Shown here piece by piece: positions 32,354 to 41,300 of a stretch of 44,447 bases of DNA (positions are counted from its first letter, which is position 1; every line of letters starts with the position of its first letter). Under the pieces are notes generated by a model that made no database searches, was not told where the DNA came from, and saw nothing but the letters and a program-made list of their open reading frames with translations. Both the position numbers and the translations under genes were made by a program. Source of the DNA: Cyanobacteria bacterium P01_A01_bin.84 (GTDB taxonomy: Bacteria; Cyanobacteriota; Cyanobacteriia; Cyanobacteriales; Nostocaceae); assembly GCA_039030795.1 (NCBI GenBank), contig JBCCDM010000001.1, forward strand, positions 1 through 44,447, read 5' to 3'.

Positions 32354-35300
32354 ATGTCTATCATATCCAAGCATTTTGATACTCGCCTCGGTCAGAACAT
32401 TGAAGCTTACGACAAGGAAGCGAAAAAACAGCAAAAACTAAATACTTCAGCACCTAAGACAGAGAAAATCACATCACTCAAAGAAGAACTCAATAACACG
32501 CTTCTGGAATATTTTTTCCCAGACACAGAATTCTCATTCGGACACGGTGACGAGTTCACTACAATAGATGAGCTTAAAAATCATCCCGATGACCATAAAT
32601 TATTAATCTCTTCAAAATCCCGATACTTGTATGCAGACGAATCGGCATTTGAAATAGTTGACGAAATATTCCCGGATAGGAAGGATAGGGGTGCTTACGG
32701 CTCAATACTACTTGGTGAATGTAATAAGGGAAAAGATTCCCCTCCACCACTATCAGGCAAATTAAACATATTAATAGTCGATGATGAAACCGGCGAGAAT
32801 GGAGGAATTATTGACAAAGAACAAGCTTATAGACTTACTGGAGACTGTTACGGTCAAATATCGGACGAAAAGTACAAAGAACTCACCGGACATAAAGAGG
32901 GAGACAAGTACCGCGTAATTCAGCATAGATTCGGATGGAAACCCCAAGAAGCTGACGAGCAATATCGCTTCGGGAAGGGTACGTTACGTCCAATGGATTT
33001 CAATGATATACAATATGAAACTGGAAAAGACTCCAAAATTGACTTAATTGTCCCCATATCATCGCTAAAAGGAACTGACAAACAACGTCCCGGTGGTGCG
33101 CTAAAACCCCAAATCAAGCCAGGATTGTACGAGCTTGATATTTGGATTGGTGAAAAATCTTTGTCTCAGCAAGGTAAAACCGCTACTTCCCAAATATGGG
33201 CATCATTCCCAGAAGGACAGAAGGATGCTTTGGAAAAGAGCAATGCAGAGGCTTTCAAGCTGTATTACGATTCTAAAGACCCCCGCAAGCTAGCTCAACT
33301 GTATTGCGAGAAGTACGAAAAGCGTAAGAAATTTGACCAAGAACGTTTACAGAAAGAAGAAGAATTAGCAGCATCTGGTAAAACTAGCACAATATCCAAA
33401 GAAGATTTAACGCCAGATGACCAAGAAGACGAGAAATCAAACCAGGTCGAAGATTTGATGATGTATCGCTTGGTTAAAGCTGACTTAACATCAGGTCACG
33501 GTCAATTACTAGAAACAGAAAAGGTCAAGCGAGAACTAGAGAAATTTGTAGTCAGGGAATACAAAGATATTGCCACTTTCAAAAATATCACCTTTGATAG
33601 GGCAATGGTTATCCCTTCCAAAGACCTAAAAAATGGTGAAATTTGCATACCAGGTAGAATTGATGACGACAAAGAAATACTAAACTTCCGCGCACCATTC
33701 CTCAACTCAAACGGGATGTGCGTTTCGCAACAAAAGCACACCGACGATATTCTTGGTCCCGACGGTAAACCAATTGAAGGCGTAATTTGCGTATCCGACG
33801 AAACAACTGAACGCATCTACGATAGGGTAACAAAGCAAATTAAAACTGCTTTAGCTCAAGTAGATGACGAAAAAATCCTAAATAGCTTACAATCATTCGT
33901 TGAAGGTGATATTACCTCAACCAAAGATGTCAAATTCAAAGATATCGGTGATTTGGAAAATATGCAGCGGGTTCGTTTCATAGATGCTCTCAACGAACAA
34001 ATTACCGAGTTGCAAAACCTTGGATTTGAAGTAGAATTACTGCCCAGAGAAAGCGAACAGGAACGCCAAGGTAGAGACTATGACGGAGATTGTGTTGGTT
34101 TCACCCTTGCTGAAAATTTTCCCAACCTAACCGCAGAAGCGATAGAGCGTAACAAGCCGGAAAACGCTTATCTACCAACAATCAAGGAAGCTAAGCAATC
34201 CTTCTACATCGGTGAAACAACAGAGCAACCCGAATTTGAAGCAATCGCACTCCAAATGTCAGACGGCATTAGCGTTGGTGTAATCAACAATCACCTTACA
34301 GCATTAGAAGCGCTTGAATCGGAAATTGAAATTATCCGCAATTCTGGCGATCGCCAATTAATAGCTAATTATGTTGATACGCTGAAAAGCAGTTACAGTA
34401 AAGTCCTGGAAAGAAACAACAAACAAGAAGACCCTTCTAAAAAGATTCCAGAAGCGCACCGCGACCACATGGAGCGCATCACAGAACTTGCTGATGCTAC
34501 AAATAGTCCGGAGGTGGTTGATAGAATATTTGACCTTAATCGGGATTTTTATCGCAGGCTAAATGAAGAAGCTTCTTACCAGAATCAAATAGCGGTTGAT
34601 TTATTCAAATCTAATAGAATACCGGATACAGATGCCATTAAACGTAACAGCAGCTATCTGCACCGCAACGTTAATTACATCCGCGATAAAAAGCAAGAGG
34701 GAGTATATCAAAATAAAGTAGTAGAAACCACGGGATATTCCCCTACAGAAATTAATATTAGAAGAGTTAATCGTCATTTCGCCAAACATAAGCTAGAATC
34801 TCGTCCCATATCCCAATTCCAGAATTTGTTTAAGGATATTGAATTTAGCTACCAGCAAAAAGCAGAAGCTACTCTTGCTAAGAGAAATTTTGATAAGTAT
34901 TTTAACGAAGCAGCTGAACTACAAAAACGTCAGAAGATTGATGAAGGACAGTCGGTATCCGTCCGCACCAGGAGTGGTTTAAATTTTGAAATTACTAATG
35001 TCGTTAGAACCGGCAACTTTAGTAAATTAAAAGAAGCGCTTGAGCAAGATAAAGCTTTCAGAATTGAGGTAAAAGAAAGCAAAAATAAAGCCAAGCCCCA
35101 CAAATACGAGGTATACGCCCAGTTCGATAATGAAAAAAGTGCTTTGGGTCATCCTAAATACCAAAAAATTGGTACGGTAATGCGGGATAACGAACACATA
35201 TTCAAAGATATGGATTCGTTACCCAAAAATCTTGATACGAGAATCAATGAATTTAAGGCAGCTATCAGCGACGCGCAGATAAAAGTTAGGTTTGATAAAG

Positions 35301-38300
35301 CATTAGAATCAGCAGACGCATTCCGCAGTTCTATACCGGAAAACCAATTAAAACAATACGCTGCTGCTACTTGGTCAATTTCTACTAAGAGAGATACTAG
35401 CGATACCGAATTAGGTTTTAATAAAAGCGCTAGTTTCGCTTTCAATGCTTTTACAAATGAAATAGTTGATAAAATAGAAGTTCTCCAGTTCGACGAGTTT
35501 ACGGTAAGTAACCTAAAAGAAGCTGAATTACAATCTGATTCAATTGATTTTAATACTCCCCAAGAAATTAGATTCGGCGCAGCAGCAATTGATAAAGATG
35601 GCGACACTGAAATTAAAAATGTTATTCAGTTAAAGACACCAGATGGGGAATATAAAGAAATTGGGGATATTTCTGCTACTGATGGTAGATTACCGTTAGG
35701 TACCACAGCATCCGCAACAATCAGTGGTGGTAATTTATCAACTGCAACCCTTAGTATTGATAACGTTTCAGTTAAAGTTAACGAACTAAATAAATACGAT
35801 ACTAAGGTAAATTCGGGTGAAGAAATCGAAGTATTAATTCAAGAGAGTGCTAGCTACAGCGACGGAGAAACTAAGATATTTATTGGTGACGATTATCTTG
35901 GTAAACTGCGACCAGAATCTCACGAAGAAGCGGTTAAAAACAATTGGTTGCAAAATAACCAACCCTTACAATTAAAGCTTGATTCAATTGTTGATGAAGG
36001 TAAACACCCTTATGCCATCGCTACAACCGGGGAAGGAAATAAACTTTACGTCAATATTGAAGACCAGTACAAATTGATTGATGAAGAAATGCAGGCTGTA
36101 CCTAATAAATTTAAGGGGTATAGCTTTGATGCAGAACAGGTACAAGCGCGACCTATAGTAGAAAAAACAGGACAGAAACCAATTGTCTACGTTAATGATA
36201 AGCCAGTAGGAACTATCAGCCAGGAAGATTTTAAAAAGATAGAACCAACTGGAGCATCTTTAATACCAAAGCTTGCAAAAATTGAAGGCAACGTTACTAC
36301 TTTAAAAGTTAGTTTAGATAAAGAAACTGTTCAATATCCAGAAACTTGGGTAAAGGAAAGGGAAGAGGTAACTGGTAAAGAATCTATCGCTATCAACACT
36401 TCCGAAGAATCTTACAAAGTTGATGAAACTAGCAGCAAACTTTATCAAAAACTAACCACAAGACAATCAATAGCATTCGAGGATACCGTTGATAGCTATA
36501 CTAATACCTTCAGCTTAGCTGTTGATGAGCGACAACTAGAAGCCACAGAAAAATACCTTAATAAGAATAATGTTGATTTTCAAGTTACAGAAAAGGAAGA
36601 CAAACCACTTGAAACCAATAAAGGTATGCGAGTAATTACCATAGATAAGGAATCACTCGACGACAAATTATTAGAAACGATAATTAGTAGAACTGGTGGA
36701 ATAAAATCTGACAAGTTTGAAATCCCAGAAATTCCTATTATTAAAGATGAATCCGTATATTATTTTGACCCAAAAGCTAATTATGGCGACAATGAATATC
36801 CTGCAATCGGTTTAGCTGTACCCGCACCAGATAGTCACATAGTAGACGAATTCCTCGGTAAGTATAATTTAGAAATATCTGGATTTAATGATAATAATAT
36901 CTATTACTTTTCTCTTATTGATGTTGAAAATTTTCCTTATGAAAAATACAACGAATTATACCCATCATCAGAGGAAGAATTTACAGAATACAAACAAGAT
37001 TTAGTTAGGTTAAAAAAGGATTTAAGTTCGCATCTAGGTAATCCTCTTGACTTAAGTGATGAAAATAATTTCAACACTTTTGATAAAAAAGTAGAAACAA
37101 TTCAAGAAAAACTCGATACTGGTTACAGTACCTTAGAAAGAAACAGAGATATTGGAACAGAATATCAACAAGCATTACAGAAGCTACCAAAAAGACCCAA
37201 TATTGAAGGATATGTAGAGCCACCAGCGCCAGACGTGAGTATCGTCAAAAAGCGCAAAGAAGCTCGTGCGATATTGCGTATTGGAAGTGCCTATAATCCC
37301 CAAACCCAAGAAAGTGGCGCATCTGCGATACTGGTATCTAATGATGGCAAAAATCAAATTGCACAAACTGCTAATTACTACCCTTCAGAAAAGAGTGATT
37401 TAAAAGCAGCGTACCAATCATTAATTCAAGGCTTGAACGAAGCAAAGGATAGGGGATACAAAGCGGTCAGAATCGAAACTAGCAATAATAACTTATACCA
37501 AAGATTGAAGTGCAATCCTCAGTATATGCACTTTAACGGTAAGAACAAAGAGTGCGAACCCCTCCATAAACAAGCAACAGATTTAATCAAAAGCTTTGAA
37601 TGGGGAATAACTCCGAAATTTACCAGCTATAAAAAATATCCCACTGCCGCACAAGCAAACCAAGTTGCTAATAATGCAATCGCTCAGAAAAGTTCGGTTA
37701 ATGATTTTGGTAGGAGTGAGCCACAACAAGCATCCGCGACACCAAATCAAACTCAACAAGTAGCATCGGTATCATCACCTTCACCAAACCAGCCTCAACA
37801 GGCATCACCTACACCTGCACCAAAACCAACTGTAAGTAGACAATCCCCACCACCCAAACAACAAACCGCAAGCAAGAAAAGAACGGGACTTACCGAAGGA
37901 CAAAAAGAAGCTCTATCAAAGATGATGGAGTTTTCCAAACAACCAAGAACCGATAAAGATAATAACGAATTCCTGCTTGAAGGTTATGCTGGAACGGGTA
38001 AAACTTTCGTAATTCAACAATTTCTTAAAGAGGTGCGTAAGTCGGGAGAAAATCCCAGAATCGCATTTACTGCTCCTACAAACAATGCGGTCAAAGTACT
38101 TAGGCAAATGGCAGAGAAACAAGGCATGACCGGGTTTGAAGCCAAAACTACGCATAAACTCTTAGGGCTAAAAAGAAATATTGATAAGATGTCAGGTGAT
38201 GTTAATTTCACCAGAAAAAAGACAGATGATAGACCAGAGCTTAAATACGATTACATAGTTGTTGATGAAGCATCAATGCTCAATGAATCGTTATACGAAC

Positions 38301-41300
38301 ATTGCAAAGAAGCTTCTCAAGCTGGTGTCAAAATAGTCTACATGGGCGACCCGGCACAACTTCCTCCGGTGAATGAATCAGAGAGTATGGTGTTCTCCCA
38401 AGTTAAAAATCGTTCTGAGCTTACTGAGGTGGTGCGCTACGACGGCGATATGGCAAGAATCGCCGAAGATATTCGTAATAATCTTAACTCAAAAAACCCT
38501 ACGCAAATACGGAATTCTCAAGACGGAACGGTCATTGCATTATCAAAAGAAGGCTTCAAAAATAAAGTCGAGGAATTATTTACTAGCGATGAATTCAAAG
38601 CAGACAACAGCAGCATCAAAGTTATAGCTTACACAAATAATAGAGTTGATGAAATCAATAAGCTTATCAAAGACAAGCTATATGGAGAAGATGCTCCAGA
38701 ATACTTGCCGGGAATGCGAATAATCGCCCGCGACCCGGTGAAAGGTGAATTTGGTACAGCACTTGATACTGCTGAAGAGATGACAATTACCAAAGCAAAA
38801 AAGGGTAAGGACGGCAATTTAGATATATGGATGTTAGAAGGGATCACCGAGAGTGGCGAACGCGCAGAATTCGATGTACTCGACTCCAAAAGTAAACCCC
38901 AGTTTCAAAGAGAACTTAGCAATTTAAGAAAGGAAATTTACAACGAGCCTATAGCACAACGAGATTGGTTGCCCTATTATGATTTAGCCGAACGATATGG
39001 TAACGTCCGTCCAGCCTATGCAATCACGGCACATAATTCTCAAGGTAAAACTATTCCTCAAGGTATAGTAGACCAAAACAACCTTAATCTACGCCTATCA
39101 ATGGCACTCAAAGAGGAAGACGGACAAGAACGTGCCAGAGGAATTAAAGAATATAATCAACTACGATACGTAGCAATGACTCGCTTTCAAAATGCAGTTT
39201 ATGTTGGTACCAATCAAAGAGAACAAGAAATAAATCACACTCAAGTAGAAAGTACCGATAATATAGATAGGCAAAATATTCAAGAATGGGCAAGGTATGC
39301 ACCTAAAGGTAAAGAGGGCTATGAACTATCGTCGGCCGGTGATAGTAGATTCAGCGCGCTAAATGCCAAGCTCAAAGATGGCAGAACTATCGAAGAAGCA
39401 TACCAACTTGACGTTAAAGGATACCGCTCTCAAAGTGATAATTGGCGGTTGGGGAAAGGTAAGCCACCGCTGACACCAATGACAAAAGAAGAAAGCTATC
39501 AGAAATATAAGGAATTGTGGCAACAGTGGGCTAACGAAAATCCCCAGCTTATCGATGAATTAGCTCAGAAATCTCAAGGCAAGGTACTTACCGATAAATT
39601 TGCCAGCACAAATATATCCCAAGCACGCGCATTAGTTGAGATATTAAATGAACGAAATATCCAAAGTCCGCAGCAAACACCAATATCTTTACCTTCATCC
39701 CAAGAAGCAGATAAAAGTAAATCGTTAGAAATAGTAGGTAAAATCAGCGAAAGCAAAGTAGACCAATTAAGACAGCATCTAGAAACCAATTACCAACCTT
39801 TAATGGATGCTGATAAATCCAGCTATGCTCCTGGAAGACAAGTAGCTTGGGTTGAAGCAAAATGGGAGTTAAAAGATAAAGATTTCTCTCCAGGGGTTAA
39901 AGACGACAAGTTAATGGAACTTGTCAAACAAATTTACCCCGATGCTGACATAGCACTTGTCACCTATTCGGAACAGCAAGGGCAAGGTATCGATTACCAC
40001 CGAGATGATTCCTACGCCGCAGCGGAAGCACGTAGTATTAATATCGGTGATTCTATGTGGGGGTATCAAGCATCAAAACAAGGGATGGTAGCATATGACC
40101 CAAACGCAAATGATAATGCTCCAATTCAAGAATTTAAACTGGAGTCAGGAACTGTAACGCGCTTCAACTCCAAAAATCCCCATGCAGCTTTAGAAACTAG
40201 TGCAGGAAGATGGAGTATAAATGTTTGGTCGATTAAAAATGATTTAGGTAAAAATAATAGCGTCCGCGAAAAGTTTGATAAGTTTGTTGAATCCAATCAA
40301 CCACCAACTGCTGTAGTTGAAACCAATACCGATTTAACTATTAAAGAATCGGAATGGACTCGTGGTGGTGAAATCAAAATTGAGCGGAGTTACCAAAATA
40401 TACAAGATGCAAATACAGCAGGAATAATTAGATTAGGTAACGCTACTCAAACACGAGCCGCTACACCAAAAATACCAGATAATCCCCAAATATCGGGTAA
40501 AACCATACCAATGACTTGGGAATTAAACCAATCCCCCGAACTAAAAAGTGTAAGCACTACAATCGATGCTATGCGCGGTAATGGTAGAGTGCATTCCACT
40601 AGGGCACAAAACTATTACCAAACCTACGGCATCAAGGAAGGAGATATCGCCGTAGCAAAAGGTAAAGATAATAAACAAGTAGCTTTTAGAGTTGGTAAAC
40701 AATACAAAATTACCCAAGCTATAATTAATAATCCCGATTATCAAAAAGCTTGGCAAAATTGGGAGAAACATTCAGTTAAAGAACTTACCGAGAATCAAGC
40801 TGCTAAAGGGAAAGAACGACAGCTATACGGCTTATTCATGGAGCCTTTAGGTGATTATCAAAATGGTAAAATTATTCCCTTTGAACAACATAAACAGCAA
40901 GAGCGCACTCTTAATATCACCTTCGATGGTGCCTCGCGTAATAATGGTAAACCCAACGCTCAAGCTTCAGCAGCTGCGGTACTTACCAATCCAGAAGGAA
41001 GAACTAAACAAGTTAGTCAATATCTAGGAAATAAAACCAATAACGAAACCGAATTCCAAGCTGCGATTATTGGCATGAAAGCAGCCCAAAAATTTGGGTA
41101 TAAATCTATTCAAATTCAAGGTGATTCGCAGTTAGTAGTTGAAGCGCTTCAAGGCAATAGAAATATCAAAGCAGCTAATCTAAAACCCCTCTACGAAGAA
41201 GCTAAATCTTTACTGAATTCATTTGATAAAGCTGAAATTAGCTATATTCCCAGAGAGCAAAATAAAGCTGCCGATGCACTAGCTAATAAAGCCCTTGATA

